DNA of 63,067 nt, filler included, from Octopus bimaculoides (lineage: Eukaryota), in the NCBI RefSeq assembly GCF_001194135.2. It is 5 parts of 4 records of this genome, joined end to end, with 100 filler letters (N's around TTAATTAATTAA, not from the genome) between each part and the next. Parts side by side here need not be neighbours in the genome. Positions count along the whole stretch, not along the records: positions 25,269 to 47,175 come from NC_068983.1; 4 more parts are not named here. One strand, 5' to 3'. The position numbers and the translations under genes are program-made. The notes under the pieces are model-generated. The model was not told the DNA's origin, searched no databases, and worked only from the letters and a program-made list of their open reading frames with translations. Each line of letters opens with the position of its first letter. The first letter of the stretch is position 1. Of the stretch, positions 25,831 through 39,953 are shown piece after piece.

Positions 25831-26944
25831 ATTGATATACATTTCATTCCTACTAACTTTTCTCTATTTTTTAAAAAAACATTTTTTTTTGTTTAATCTT
25901 CCATATTTATATTGAATTTAATTTTAGAAATACATTCAATAATATGTTTATGTATGTTTATCTTGTTATCCAATTGCAACAGTTGATTTTGCATAAACAT
26001 TAATTTTCTTCTTTGTTTTCAATTTCAACTCAATTCATTTATTTTGACTACAAAATTACAGAAAAACATTGCATGTACAGACAATGTAGAGAATAGAACA
26101 TTTATGTTTGAGATTCCTTGAATCCAAAATTGTTGGTAGGTTAGAGAAAAAAAATGATAAATGAGATAATTTATAAGAAGAAAATGTTAGAAAATACACT
26201 GATTTACAAAATAGGGATTTACACAAGACAGGAACTATGATATATTTGCAAATGATTGATACTTATGGAAATAACAGGTATTTCATGATTCAATAAATGT
26301 GTAGGAATTGGTTTGGAGTTAAAGACTCTTTATTGTGCTATATAGACTTTTTTATTACAAGTTTATTGAAACTTTTAGTGATTATGTATTTTTAAGTGAG
26401 TTTATTTTATTAGGAATAATATTTGAAAAAGATTGCAGATGTGCAATATGCATATATTCATATTTGGCTCCATCAGAGTTGTTTGATAACCTGAAAGCTA
26501 ACAAAATTTAGGCAGAATGCCAGATGAAAATCATCTTAGAATTTGATTTGTGCATGTGTAAAACTTCAAAACTTGAATACTATAGCAGGAACCAGTACAT
26601 GTATCTAAAGATCTATTATTTATTTAAAATAGCTGCAGAGCTCTGTAACTTTTCCACTTTACTAGAATGGTGATTTTACAGAAAATATCATAATTTAGAT
26701 AACTTAGAAGCATCAGATATGTTTAGTAACACTTGTCTAGGAAAATAATTTTTCATCTGAGATAAGATAACAATAACACTAAGCCTGCAGGCCAGATCAA
26801 TATGTAGTTTCCATTTATGATTTTTATCTACAATGCTTCTTAGAAATTTAAAATAATCAACATATTCTATTTTGTTGCTGTCAAGATGTAGCTGTAAAAT
26901 TGAGTACAGAAAATGTTAGCATGCCAGACAAAAAGCTTTGTGAT

Positions 26945-27097
26945 ACGTCTTCCAGCTTCGTGTTTTGAGTTCAAACTCTGCTGAGGCTGACTTTGCCTTT
27001 CATCCTTTCAGGGTTAATAAGATACCGGTTGAGCACTGGGGTCAATATAATTGGCTAGCTCCCTCCCCCCCAAATTTCAGGCCTTGTGCCTATAGTG
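26945..27097 (+). mobile_element. SINE family B (B1 tail), 5'-degenerate
   Basis: gagttcaaactctgctgaggctgactttgcctttcatcc...ggccttgtgcctatagt. Confidence 0.8.
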
Positions 27098-27320
27098 GCC
27101 GTTGCCAGTACCGTATGACTGGCCCTCGTGCCGGTGGCACATAAAAACACCCACTACACTCTCGGAGTGGTTGGCGTTAGGAATGGCATCCAGCTGTAGA
27201 AACTCTGCCAGATCAGATTGGAGCCTGGTGCAGCCTGCTGGCTTGCCAGTCCTCAGTCAAATCGTCCAACCCATGCTAGCATGGAAAGCAGACGTTAAAC
27301 GACAACGATGATGATGATTA
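27098..27320 (+). mobile_element. Retroposon family D 3' end with (GAT)n tail (RTE-type tail, inferred)
   Basis: cccactacactctcggagtggttggcgttagg...catgctagcatggaaagcagacgttaaacga(tga)n. Same family as 30888-31420 and 60338-60480. Confidence 0.75.
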
Positions 27321-28835
27321 TTATTATTATTATTATTATTATAGATGTTTTCGATCTAGTTTGAATTCTTTGCCATCAAATTTGATTGCAAAGAATTCAA
27401 ATTTGATGGCAAAGAATCCAAACTAGATCGCAAACATCTATATCATTATGATTAAGTGGCTATGTACTTAGTTTTTGAGATGTTGAGTGAGAGCTTATTC
27501 TATCATTCACTAAGCTTATTGCATTTAGATGCATAGTTTTAATTGTTTAATAAGTGTTATCTACTTAAAGTATATTAAGTACTTAAAATGAAATAGTTGT
27601 TGGATGACCATTTAAAATGTAGTTTTATAATAAATCTTATTGATGCTTACCATGTTTTGTTCATTCAGAATTTCTTACAATCTAGTTCTAAACAATTCCT
27701 GGATGTAGTTGCTGGAGAAAAATAAACAGGACTTGCTGCTGTTAAGTATTATTAATTAAAATAGCTAAAAGTACTTCAGCTATAGAAAACAACTTCTATT
27801 CTGAGGTACTTACGATGAAAGTAAATACTTTAAAGTTGGTGGTGTTAAGAATATTCATTCATAGAACTATTTTACACTTTATTGTAAAAATTTATACCCT
27901 GGCTTTCATTTCCAACATAAAATACATCCTTTATACAAAGATTCACTTCACATTATGTTCTCAGTCGCAGATACATTCTTTCATAAGTATAGCCTTCTAT
28001 CTTCAGAACTATAGGTATTACAAATCTACTTTATTTTCTGGAAGTCAATACATTTTCTATATATGCTTGGGATTTCCTTTGCGAAATCTTTTGTTGTGTT
28101 GTCTTTATTTCTGCAACTTCAAGAGACAAAAGAGGACAATCAGTGCATGTCTTAGCTATTTTTTTTTCTTTTTTCAAGGTTTGAGGCAGGAAGGCACTTT
28201 TTAATACAGTACTCTTAGGCCTGGAGGAGGGGCTTCTTAACCAGAGGTTTTATCTAGGTGCTTGAAATAAAGGAAAGTCAGTTGATGGCTTTCCTTGGGC
28301 AGCCTTTCATGTTGTTTGTGCGTTAGCTTTTCTACCTGGCACAATTTCTGATGATAAAAACCAAATTGTCAATGTCATCACTGCTTTTTCTCCCCCTTTG
28401 TATCATTCTTTTACTATTGCATAGTGACATCCTGGAGTTCTTTCTTGTTCTTCATCTTTTATTCTTTTAAAAAGTAGAGACAATTCATATTCATTATTCG
28501 TTATTCATACAAAATATTCCAGTGTGCAAGTAAAATATCCTCTCACCATGCACAGACATGTTTAAAAATCTGTTTCTCTTCAGTGTAGTTTGTTGTAAGA
28601 TACTCTTTTTTTGTTTTTACTAGTTTCAATTATTGTATTACAGCTATACTGAAACACCATCTGCATGGGGTTTAGTTGACTTTTAAGGACTCCAGTATTT
28701 ATTTCCATTTGGTGCTTCTTTTATTGATTTCTATTTTATCAAATGTACAAATCAAACTTCGACATAATAAATAAGATACCATTTGAACTCTTTTATATGC
28801 ATACACACACATACATATGGCAGATTTCTGTACAG

Positions 28836-29074
28836 TTTCTTATTTTCTTTTTTTTTTTTTATTGCCCACAAGGGGCTAAACATAGAGGGGACAGACAAAG
28901 GGATTAAGTCGATTACATCGACCCCAGTTCGTAACTGGAACTTAATTTATCGACCCCAAAAGGATGAAAGGCAAAGTTGACCTCGGCGGAATTTGAACTC
29001 AGAACGTAACTGCAGACGAAATACCGCTAAGCATTTCGCCCGGCGTGCTAACGTTTCTGCCAGCTCACCGCCTT
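28836..29074 (-). mobile_element. SINE family B (B2 tail)
   Basis: Near-identical to 22321-22558 and 41634-41871. Confidence 0.9.
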
Positions 29075-30887
29075 CATGTGAGTTTCTGTGCAGTTTCTGT
29101 CAACTAAATTCCATTCGCAAAGTATTGGTCAACCTGAGGCTTACATTTAGAAGATACATGCCGAAGGTGGGACCAGACTCGGGACCACGTGGTTGAGAAG
29201 CAAACTTCTAAATTCCATATTTTACTTGTTTAAAGTTTTTCTTTCTAGTTTACAAAATACTTTGAGAATGTTATCACCTACACTGAGGAACTGATAGGAT
29301 ATAGGTTTCAATCTTATTGCTTGAATTATTTTATCTGTCCTACTTTTGTGATATTACTTTGCTCCAGATTACATTAATCTCACTTTAAATAAATCTACAT
29401 CAACAATTCATTGCCTGGAGATCATTCACTGACCATTTGGTACAATTCAATAAATAATTATCGGGTTAATCTCTCTCAACATAAACATAGTACAGCTGTC
29501 AATAACTGGTGGCTCCGATAAATGAAGTATTTTAATTTTTTTAATTTCTAAGTAAGAGTGAGATAATTATGTCTTAGCAGACTACATGTGGGCCTCCCAA
29601 ACTTGAGCAAATAAACGGGCATATTCCTCTAATAAAAATTTTCTCTTTGAATATCTCTTTTTTCTCAGCCATTTATGTGAGTTATATTTAAGGCTTAAAT
29701 ACAATGAAGTCTAGAGTGGCTTTATAGTTTAACACCGAGTAATGTTAATTCAAAATGTGTATAGAGTTTCAGTAGTTTTTTTTTTTTTTTTTTAAATTGC
29801 CAAACTTTTTGTTAAGAATATTTTGTGATCTGCTGGATGATTGATGACTGCAAAACAAAGTTTCTAAATCAGAAATCTAAACCAGACAAATTTATTTATT
29901 GAAGTTGCTACAAATATTATTTACCATATTATTTAACTTTAAATAGAAGAGCTAACCATCTGGTTACTATGATTTAATTCTATATAAATACATTTTGTTT
30001 GGATACTCTATTTGAAAACTGGTAATTATCAAGCTATGGATTAAAAATTTAGAGTTGGTTAATTTTTCTTGCTTTTTTTAGTTATTGAAATTCTTTGAAT
30101 TTTTCATTTTCTTATGTCATAAGTTTCAAATGACATATTGCTGTGACTTTAGTATTATAGTAAATGGTTGTCATGGAAACATTGACTGTAAAAACTGCAT
30201 AATTGTTGCAATTGTGCATTTGACACATTTTCTTTCTTCATTTGTACTGTCTGTAGCATTATAATTGTCATGGCATTGCTAAGTTTAAAGTCACTTTCAT
30301 TGTTTTAGTCTACTGAACCAGTCTTTGGCTGAAACAGAGACATTTTAAATTTCAGACTTTTTAATTTAAGGAAATAATTATTGACAAAATTAATTCAAAT
30401 AGAAATAAAATATTTATATCTTCCACCAGGAGCATTAGTAATATGAAGTGAACTTAATCCTACTCATAAGTCACATACCATTAGTCACTTAAGCACTCCT
30501 CATGTTAAGAAATAAATACAGTATTTACCACACTCATCTTGGAAGATCTACATAGGTTCTAGTCAAAGCATAGAATTGGGAGATTCCTTTACCAGTGAGA
30601 GATTTTGTACTAATATAATAGTTACATACCCCTCAACAAGCTACCTACCATTCTTAAAATAACTAAGTATTTTATAAGGCATACGTTTCAGGACAGCAAG
30701 GTCTTAATGAAAAGTGAGATAGCTATACCTAGAATATTGGTCAAATGAGTGTACTGGACTCTAAACAACTAATCAGACTATTTATTCTGGGTGTAAAGTC
30801 TGTAGGTTACTTTTAAATAGGTGATTGGCTGCTCCTCTCGTCATAGTTTTCCTTCAGGAGAGTAAATTAGATTATGATTGAGTATTA

Positions 30888-31420
30888 TCATCATCATCAT
30901 CATCATCATCATCGTCTCACGTCTGCTTTCCATGCTGGCATGGGTTGGACGATTTGACTGAGGACTGGTGAACCAGATGGCTGCACTAGACTCCAATCTG
31001 ATTTGGCAGAGTTTCTACAGCTGGATGCCCTTCCTAACACCAACCACTCCGAGAGTGTAGTGGGTGCTTTTTATGTGCCACCAGCATGAAGGCCAGTCAG
31101 GCGGTACTGGCAGTGGCCACGCTCAAAATGGTGTATTTTACGTGCCACCTGCACAGTCCAGTGGCACTGGCAATGGTCTCGCTCGAATGTCTTTACACGT
31201 GCCACTGGCACAAGTGCCAGGAAGGCTACGCTGGGCACAGGTGCCATCACGATTTCGCTTTCGCTTGCCCCAACAGGTCTTTGCAAGCCGAGTTTCGTGT
31301 CCAATGAAGGAGACGACGTTGGCATGGGTGCCAGTCGTCGAATTTAGTTCAATTTTGATTTCACTTGCCTCAACAGGTCTTCGCAAGCAGAGTTTAGTGT
31401 CCAATGAAGGAGGGTACGCA
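30888..31420 (-). mobile_element. Retroposon family D, long copy with internal 100-bp-period duplication
   Basis: (CAT)n tail at 30888. Duplicated 52-mer at 31259-31310 and 31359-31410. Confidence 0.75.
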
Positions 31421-31794
31421 GCAATGCCAAATAAATAAATAATGCAAAACTTGTGTTATCTGAAAAATAAGACCTCTGCAATTATTTTTGTTATTAGCAT
31501 TGGAGACTAGAGCTTTAGATTTTCTTGTACCATATTCATGACAATAATTTTCTTTTTATTTGGTCATTGGCTCCTTAACTTCAATTAGAAAATATGAAGT
31601 AAAACTTATTTTTTTATTAATACCAGTTATCTAAAAAATATTGCAAGTGAGATGTGTCAGCCATCTAAGAATAATAATTTCCTCACCTAATTTTTTTTCT
31701 TCATTTCATACAATATTTTAATCTCATTCTTTAAGGGAGGTATGAAATCAAATGTATATACTTATTGTACTAATTGATCAATTTGTTTTGCTAT

Positions 31795-31956
31795 AAGCAC
31801 AAGAGTGGCTGTGTGGTAAGTAGCTTGCTTATGAACCACATGGTTCCGGGTTCAGTCCCACTTCGTGGCACCTTGGGCAAGTGTCTTCTACTATAGCCTC
31901 AGGCTGACCAAAGCATTGTGAGTGGATTTGGTGGAAACTGAAAGAAGCCTGTCGTA

Positions 31957-32009
<53 letters not shown>

Positions 32010-32202
32010 TCCCCAACATCTCTTGACAACCGATGCTGGTGTGTTTACATCCCCGTAACTTAGCGGTTCGGCAAAAGAGGCCGATAGAATAAGAACTAGG
32101 CTTATAAAGTATAAGTCCTGGGGTCGATTTGCTTAACTAAAGGCAGTGCTCCAGCATGGCCACAGTCATATGACTGAAGCAAGTAACAGAGTAATAGAGT
32201 AA
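31795..32202 (+). mobile_element. SINE family A, full length
   Basis: Matches the family A consensus along its whole length. Confidence 0.9.
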
Positions 32203-32443
32203 TTGAAACAAAATAATGCTTAAACATAGCCTTGGCCATGATAACTAAAGAACCTAGATTATAATAATTTTGGGAGCAGTTATTTTATGTTTAAATGAAC
32301 TTCAAATAGGAAATAGTACTCATTTACATATTCATTAGAGTAATGCAATTTGAGTAGTGTGTCTTGCCCAAGGACATCTCTTAAAAATATTGTCATCAGT
32401 TGAACTTATAACTAAACATGCTTTTTTTATGTACCTTCAATAG

Positions 32444-32832
32444 TTGTGGAGGCGCAATGGCCCATTGGTTAGGGCAGCAGACTCGCGGTCGTAGGATCAC
32501 GGTTTCGATTCCCAGACCGGGCGTTGTGAGTGTTTATTGAGTGAAAACACCTAAAGTTCCACGAAGCTCCGGCAGGGGATGGTGGCGAACCCTGCTGTAC
32601 TCTTTCACCACAACTTTCTCTCACTCTTTCTTCCTGTTTCTGTTGTACCTGTATTTCAAAGGGCCTGCCTTGTCACACTCTGTGTCACGCTGAATATCCC
32701 TGAGAACTACGTTAATGGTACACGTGTCTGTGGAGTGCTCAGCCACTTGCACGTTAATTTCACGTGCAGGTTGTTCCGTTGATCGGATCAACTGGAACCC
32801 TCGTCATCGAAACCGACGGAGTGCCAACAACA
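32444..32832 (+). mobile_element. tRNA-derived SINE family E
   Basis: Head ggaggcgcaatggcccattggttagggc...ggtttcgattccc (A/B boxes). CpG-rich relative to its flanks. Single copy here. Confidence 0.75.
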
Positions 32833-33964
32833 TTAGTTGTTGAACCCCCTAATCTGTTCTGATTGGGTAATGAACAAAGGTACTCTAGCTGTGAGCAATC
32901 AGTCTTATTTTTAGACAGTACTTCTAGGACCATGCTATATAATGTCCTGCCTTATTTAACACATTAGCATTTAAATCAGTCATATCCAGCCAAAATATTC
33001 TATTTTATGTTCAAACTGGCCAGATCCAGTCTCTCCCATTTACTGTACAATATCATTCTAAAAATAAACAATCATGTTACTGGAATTTCAAAGCTACAAG
33101 ATAATGCATGACCAATTCAAATCAATGTGAATAAATTAGCATTACATTTCACAGAGTAATCTGAATGCAAACGGGTTAAGATAGTATTGTATGGTTTGAA
33201 GGATATTTGGCTGATATTTCTTGTAGGATAAATGATTACTCAGAGGCCTATCTCTTCCTGTTTAATTGTTTGATACAAAAGCAAGTATATGAATTAATAG
33301 AAAATTAAACATTCCAAAATACTGTGCTCTTAGCATAAGCTAACATTCCAGAACATTCCCCTTTTTTTTTTTAAAGGAAAATAAGAAATAACATTGAAAC
33401 AAATGCTGTAACTTAAAATAGCACAAATTCTAGAGTAAAATAGAATTTAAAAATAAGTTTAAATTTTAAAAAATAAATTTTTTAAGAAATAAAAACAAAT
33501 TAAAAAATAGAAATATATTTTTTAAAAAATTAAAAATTAAAAAGACCTAATGAATAATTCAATAATTCATGTCTTGTTTTACATTTCCTTACAAAATAAA
33601 CTTGTATTTTGTTGCAAATTAGAGAGCTTTATACCATAATTTCAATAGATGGAGTGAAATCCAAGGAAAATATTGATATTTATATGTTTACACAACACCC
33701 TAGTTTTATAGAGGGAGGAAATTTAATTGTATGGCATCCACGCCTTTACCAAAACAGTGAGAAATGTAAGGGAAGTGACTAACAGCAGAATCAGTCAAGT
33801 TGTTCATTCAGCAAGCCGTATCCTAATGTTCATCCATTACTTACACTACTGTGAGCCAAAGAAGGAGATTCTTGCTGTTCAAGTTGCTTGAATAATAGCT
33901 AAATCTTCCCCAGACCACACCATACTACCTTAACCCTTTAGCGTTCAGAATAATTTGTCAAATG

Positions 33965-34120
33965 TAATCCACTCACAAGGCTTTGGTTGGCCCGAGGCTA
34001 TAGTAGAAAACACTTGCCCAAGGTGCCACGCAGTGGATCTGAACCCGGAACCATGTGGTTTGTAAGCAAGCTACTTACCACACAGCCACTCCTGCGCCTT
34101 TAAGCCACTCCTACGCCTAC
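33965..34120 (-). mobile_element. SINE family A 5' half
   Basis: ccactcacaaggctttgg...ccacacagccactcctgcgcc, followed by a short duplication of the head end. Confidence 0.85.
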
Positions 34121-35038
34121 CTGGTCATAAACTACATACAAGAGCTGGTGTGTGATAGTTATCCTATTTATACTCTTTACCCATGTACATCTGTCATTGG
34201 AAATACACTGACCTTAGTCACAAATCTGCCAAGTATCATCAACATTTTGCTATTCATTCAAACAGCTCTATCTCATCTCTTACAAATTGTTTAAAAACCC
34301 ATGTTAGCATGCGTCATTAATTTGAAAATAGAAGTAAAATAAAAAGTTTTAATTCTCATCTGTGATAATTATATTATTTAATATTTATTTGATATTGATT
34401 AGCTGATAATGAACAAGTTAATTAAATAATATTTACAATGTATTTTTATCTCCTAAATTTTACTTCCATACTACACATTTTCAGTGAACAAAATGATTTT
34501 TTAAATATCTTCAAAAAATTCAGTTCCCACTATCAATGTCAATATAACCTTGCAAATGTTAAATTAAGGCTTTTATGTAGCTGTTCTTGTCAAAATACCA
34601 AGATTTACTGTGCAGGACTACTAGCTGCTCACATGGTTTTCAGTTCAAACCTTATGGCAGCCTTTGTGGTGTGCTTCTGAGCAAAGTACCTAGTTCTATT
34701 AGCATCAAAGTAAAATAAATAAATGCATCAGCAAAAAAATATAAGTGGGGGTAAGGATAAGTGGGGTGAAGATGTTATGTGCCAAGAAGAGAGATGAGTT
34801 CTGACATTTGTAATAGCCTACCCTCATAGCACACAAGCTTATTTTACAGATTTTATTAATTACTCCAGATTTATCTGATTGAACATAAACAGGTTCCATT
34901 TTCTACTTCACAACTAAGTGATCAGCAATAAGTGGAGCATTACCTAGCTATATAAACAAAAATAATTGTTGCAAGAAGAAGCCGTTATACTTATAGAAAA
35001 AATGTAGATATTTATTAAATATAATTATCTATTATTTA

Positions 35039-35422
35039 TAGGTGCAGGATTGGCTGTGTGGTAAGTAGCTTGCTTACCAACCACATGGTTCCGGGTTCAG
35101 TCCCACTGCGTGGCACCTGGGGCAAGTGTCTTCTACTATAGCCTCAGGCTGACCAAAGCCTTGTGAGTGGATTTGGTAGACAGAAACTGAAAGAAGCCCG
35201 TTGTATATATATATATATGTTTGTGTGTCTGTGTTTGTCCCCCCACCATCGCTTGACAACCGATGCTGATGTTATGTCCCCGTAACTTAGCGGTTCGGCA
35301 AAAAGAGACCGATAGAATAAGTACTAGGCTTACAAAGAATAAGTCCTGGGGTCGATTTTCTCGACTAAAGGCGGTGCTCCAGCATGGCCGCAGTCAAATG
35401 ACTGAAACAAGTAAAGAGAGTA
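35039..35422 (+). mobile_element. SINE family A, full length
   Basis: Matches family A. Confidence 0.9.
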
Positions 35423-35564
35423 TTCTAAATATTGTTTTGGTGGTTCATGATTGGCTGAGATGGTTGATACTTCTCATTGCATTGTTCTTCATATCGTCCT
35501 AATTCCCAGTTTCTATTAAAGGAAGGTCTGGAGAGAAATTAAGGAACATTATTGTGAAAGGTGT

Positions 35565-35740
35565 GACAGGCATAGTTGTGTATTAAGTAGGTTGCTTCTC
35601 AACCATGTCGTCTTAGGTTCAGTCCCACCATGTGGCACCTTGGGCAAATATCTTCTACTGTAGTCCCAGGTCAATCAAAGCCTTCTGAGTGGATTTGATA
35701 GATGGAAACTGAAAGAAGCCCATTGTGTGTGTGTGTGTAC
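35565..35740 (+). mobile_element. Older SINE family A-like 5' half
   Basis: ggttcagtcccacca..tggcaccttgggcaaa...gatggaaactgaaagaagccc. Confidence 0.75.
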
Positions 35741-35813
35741 ATATATATATAACTGGTATTAAGGAAGGAAGGAAAATATTAGATTTTTAAGCCCTAAAAT
35801 TCACTCCATAATT

Positions 35814-35890
35814 GCCCATGGCATAGTGGTTAAGAGCACGGGCTACTAACCCCCAAGATTCCGAGTTCAATTCCAGGCAGTGACCTGAAC

Positions 35891-35921
<31 letters not shown>

Positions 35922-36079
35922 TCGAAAAATACCTTAGGAATGAAAAATCCCCAAGACACCTGATGAAGGCTGGAGGGTATATCAGCCGAAACATTGTGTT
36001 AACAACAAACAAGATGAGGACAAATATCCGTCAAATGTAAATAATGTACATAATTCCTCATCTCTTAAATATAGAACTG
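35814..36079 (+). mobile_element. tRNA-headed SINE family F with (AAT)n linker and hammerhead-containing tail
   Basis: A-box tggcatagtgg, B-box gagttcaattcc, (AAT)n, then gacacCTGATGAaggctg...cagccGAAA. Homologues at 52044-52219 and 55720-55830. Confidence 0.8.
35955..36000 (+). ncRNA. Minimal type I hammerhead-like fold in SINE F
   Basis: Stem I GACAC/GUGUU, core CUGAUGA at 35960-35966, stem II GGCUG/CAGCC, GAAA at 35988-35991. Family consensus stem III is ACGU (ACAU in this copy). Confidence 0.7.
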
Positions 36080-38439
36080 CAGAGGTTGAACTGTTTGACA
36101 AAACCCTTCAAGACAATGCCCTGGCATGGCAACAATTCAATGAATGAAATGAATAAAAGATAAAAGTAATAAAATCTAAAGACAGTTTTTGGTATGAGTA
36201 CATGATAGTGCTCATAATAATAGTAATAAACTTTTTGGAATCAGGCATTCTTTATAGATGAATATAATTAACATCTAATTTGACAACTCTTTGCATTCCT
36301 TCTGTATTAAGTTGTGATAATATCTGTAAACCTTTATGCCCCAGTTACATAAACTTGCACACCAAACTGTTATGGCACCCATCAGAGTGTAATTCATTTC
36401 ATGACTACATTAGATATGCCTTTCATATTATTAATATGGTTAACAACTGCTAACTGAAAACAGTGAAGGACTACACTTGAAATGAATCTAGCTATATTTG
36501 TAATACTATAACCTGTAAAATATAATAGATTCAGTAGTTCCTTTCATGCTATATGGACTTCACAATGAAGTTTTAATCATTTATACTAATTTTTATATTT
36601 TAGTCAATATATGGATCCATTTAGTAAAAAGCTCTAATCATCTTATATAGATTCATTCAGTATACAATAGTGATCAGTTTGTGCTTGGATTAGTTTTATT
36701 TTCTGTTCAGTTCACATTTATTATCATGAAAATCATGAAATATCAATAGCCATTGAGTGATTCCATATAGCAATGAGATTTCAGTGCATTTTCATAATTT
36801 TATTTTGAGCCTATTGTATTTATTTGAGCACAATGTGATCTCATATATAATGGGACTGCCTGCATTTTGTACCTAAAAGTCAGTAATATATTTTATCTGT
36901 GAATATAATGCTTTCCACCAATTTTGGCCATGGTGTTTTGTAAATTTCTTGCATTATGCATGAGTAAATACAATAATTCCTTTATAATAATTATCCTTAT
37001 AAACTAGGATAATATGGCTTAAATTCAATCGACCTGGTTATAATATGGCACCATTCTGACATTGCAATGCTATTTTGAGACATATTTTGTCTTTCCTTTT
37101 CTCATGCAGCTGGTCTTATGACATTTTGTATATCTGAATGTATTTCTTTTACTTAATAGAAAGCAAAACTACATTATCACCCAATCATTTGTATTGTTGC
37201 TAAGTGGAGCATTTAAAATACAATGCAGTGCTTGAAATATGTTTGATAGTTTATTGCTTTTGCCGCAATAAAACAGTTGTTAATCTCTTGCTTTTTCTAT
37301 ATACCTTGAGTAGCTCGAAGAGTTAGATGATATATCTTGAGTATGAGAGCCTGAGTTATTTATGTTTCCCAAGTTACTCCCTCTCTCTGTTCCAAATCCT
37401 TAGTAACATATTGTTCAAGAGGTTCTGTACAAAGGTTAATAGTACTATCTTAAAAGCATTCAATATAAGGAAATGTTGTGTTCCTTCAAGGAATTCAATT
37501 TACTCTGTAAAGAAAAGAGGGATTACATGTATAAACTACTTTGCACAACTGAGGATAATTGCAAGTTGTTATCTGTGTCTTTGTTAATACAAAACAAAAT
37601 ATCTTCTAAATAAGTTGTTTAACAAATAGCCTTACCTTAAAGCCTAGACAAGAATAGATTTATAACTTGAATTATTTTTGTAAGCTATTTTTATGTGGTT
37701 CTATTTTTAACCTGGCAAATTCTTTTATTTGGTCCAAATGGAAATATTGAATTCTTTTATATATATATACATATCTAGTTCATTATTTTACTAATTCTAT
37801 TTTCTCAAATTTAGCTGTCATGAAGAATAAATACAGATTGCTTAATAATAATGAAATAAATTTGATCTGATTGTTGTTATTGATTCCCTGTGTTTTGTAG
37901 GATCTTTCTAGAAATCAGTGTACTTTGGTTATTTCAGTCAATGTTATTTTGTTATAAATGCATTCACTAAAATAAAAGTCTAAAAGTTAGCAATAAAAAT
38001 ATAAAGACACGATGAATACTATTGTTTAATACATTTAATATTAGAAAGTATGGAAGTTTGTGTGTGTGTGTGTATGTAAGTGATAGCCCAGTTGTGGGTG
38101 AAATAATAATGTAAGTACATTCCTTTTATAGTTCTCATGTGCAGAAAATTGGAGAAAGAGTCACACGATAGATTCTTTGGGGGTTTGTTGATTGCTGTGC
38201 AGAAAATACATAGCCATTTCCCTTCCACAACCAATAGCAGAGAATATTCAGTTCCTATATAAAACAGTCATTCATTAGCTTTGCACTGCAGTGCTCAAGG
38301 AAGGAAAATTTGTATGTTTTCTCTAAGGATTAATCAACAAACCATGGAAAGGTTCATTAGGAAACTCCCCCATTTTTTTTCTTTTCCATACATCAACAGT
38401 ATACAAGAAATGTGTTTGCATTCTTATTTTACTTTCAAC

Positions 38440-38665
38440 CAGACTAATGTCGGCTTCACTTTCACATCCTGAATGATGTCCATATTGTTCGTGAAGCAGA
38501 GATCCAGAATGTTATTAGCCCTAGTTAGTCTGAGTACAGCTTGCTCCATGAATAGGGCATTGGTGAGGTTGAGCAGGGACTCCACTTGTGCTTGCTTGCA
38601 ATGAGTCATTCCTGAGAGCATGAGTCCTTCGGACCATTTGACGTCTGCTGCTTTTAAATACTCTG
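38440..38665 (-). mobile_element. LINE apurinic-endonuclease domain fragment (CR1-type)
   Basis: Translation DVKWSEG...FMEQAVLRLTRANNILDLCFTNNMDIIQDVKVKPT matches the PTR.NNILDL.FTN motif. Confidence 0.75.
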
Positions 38666-38715
38666 GTATTTGAATACTCTTTTTTCCACCTTGTTGCACA
38701 TTTATGTGCTTACTC

Positions 38716-38763
<48 letters not shown>

Positions 38764-38959
38764 CATGACATATATTTTAACCAAAATTATTTAGAAATAA
38801 ATTTGTGACTTCCCCCCCAAAAAACCTTGTTTCATATTGATACTAGCCAGATGAAGGTAAAACATTTATTTAAGCGTTATCAGTCTATGATATCAGCCAT
38901 TACTTTCCCACTGTCAGACAAAAATTGCTCTTTAAATTTGGGTATCTTGAATTTATATG

Positions 38960-39900
38960 TCCCAAATTCCACCTCGCATCTTGTTCATTGTTATCCTCTA
39001 TTTCTTTTATGCTCTCTCAGAAACCAGTCTGTTTATTTTTTCACAAACCTGTTGTCACTTATTCTCTGGATGTGTCCAGTTCAATACCATTTTGGGAATT
39101 TTTCAATGTCACTTAGTTATTTTGCTTGTTTTTTTTTTGTTTCCATGTCATTTCATTGCTTTATGATTTTTCCCTCTTGTAATCCCTTGCATAATTTGTT
39201 TGTGAGAATGTTGAACTGTCCTTAGTTTGCTTGTTAAGTTAGGTAATTTGCTCAGTTCCAAGTTTCTGCACTATAAAAAAATTCTTGCGGATGATGCACT
39301 GGTTGTAAGCTCATCTTTCGGGTAATTTGGTTTTAAAAGTAAAGCTTGCCTCTCCCTGGAGTTTAAGAAGTTTAAGTCAAGGTCATTTACATTTTTTTCC
39401 ACAGCTTTTGCTTTAGAAGTTGGCCAACATTTTACTATTTGAAGGTTGTTTCTTCATCTTTAATATCAGAAACATCAGCGATCAGTTAGTTGAACATTAT
39501 ATACTTTTCTGTGTTCAATCATAGTCTTTCTGCTTTGCATTCTATATTCAGTTGTTTTAATGTAGTTTCAAGTTCACTTGGAACACCTGACACGATCAAG
39601 TGTATGTGAGAAACTTCCCATTGATTTTAATAACCATTTCATCTTTCTTTCAGTGTAGTTTTTGGAACATTTCTTCAAAGAAGTTTATGAATAGCTTGGG
39701 AGAATAGAATCATCCTGTTTTATGCCCTTATTTTTTAGACAGAACTTATTTGAAGCTTTGTGTAGTTTGATAAAAAATGTTGCATGGTGGTAGATGTTTA
39801 AGATATTGAAGTATTCTGGTTCTACACCTTTGTTATGGCTGTCATCGCTACTGTTATTGTACAGAATTCAATATCTTTTAGTAGTCCATGAAGGCTATGC
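38960..39900 (-). mobile_element. Degenerate RTE-clade LINE reverse transcriptase and C-terminal region
   Basis: Minus-strand remnants KGIKQDD (GVRQGD-like), SAETW, KLRTVQ...MQGIT, KW..TGHIQRISDNRF...KR.RG, with many stops and frameshifts. Confidence 0.7.
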
Positions 39901-39911
39901 AAAACAGAATG

Positions 39912-39953
<42 letters not shown>

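Noticed and set aside
27870-28450. Possible piggyBac C-terminal remnant on the minus strand (CEVNLC, KGG)
   Set aside because: Only two short motifs amid many stops, too weak to call.
32448-32520. Possible tRNA genes (also 35814-35880 and the SINE B heads)
   Set aside because: A/B boxes are present but cloverleaf stems are incomplete and continue into SINE bodies.
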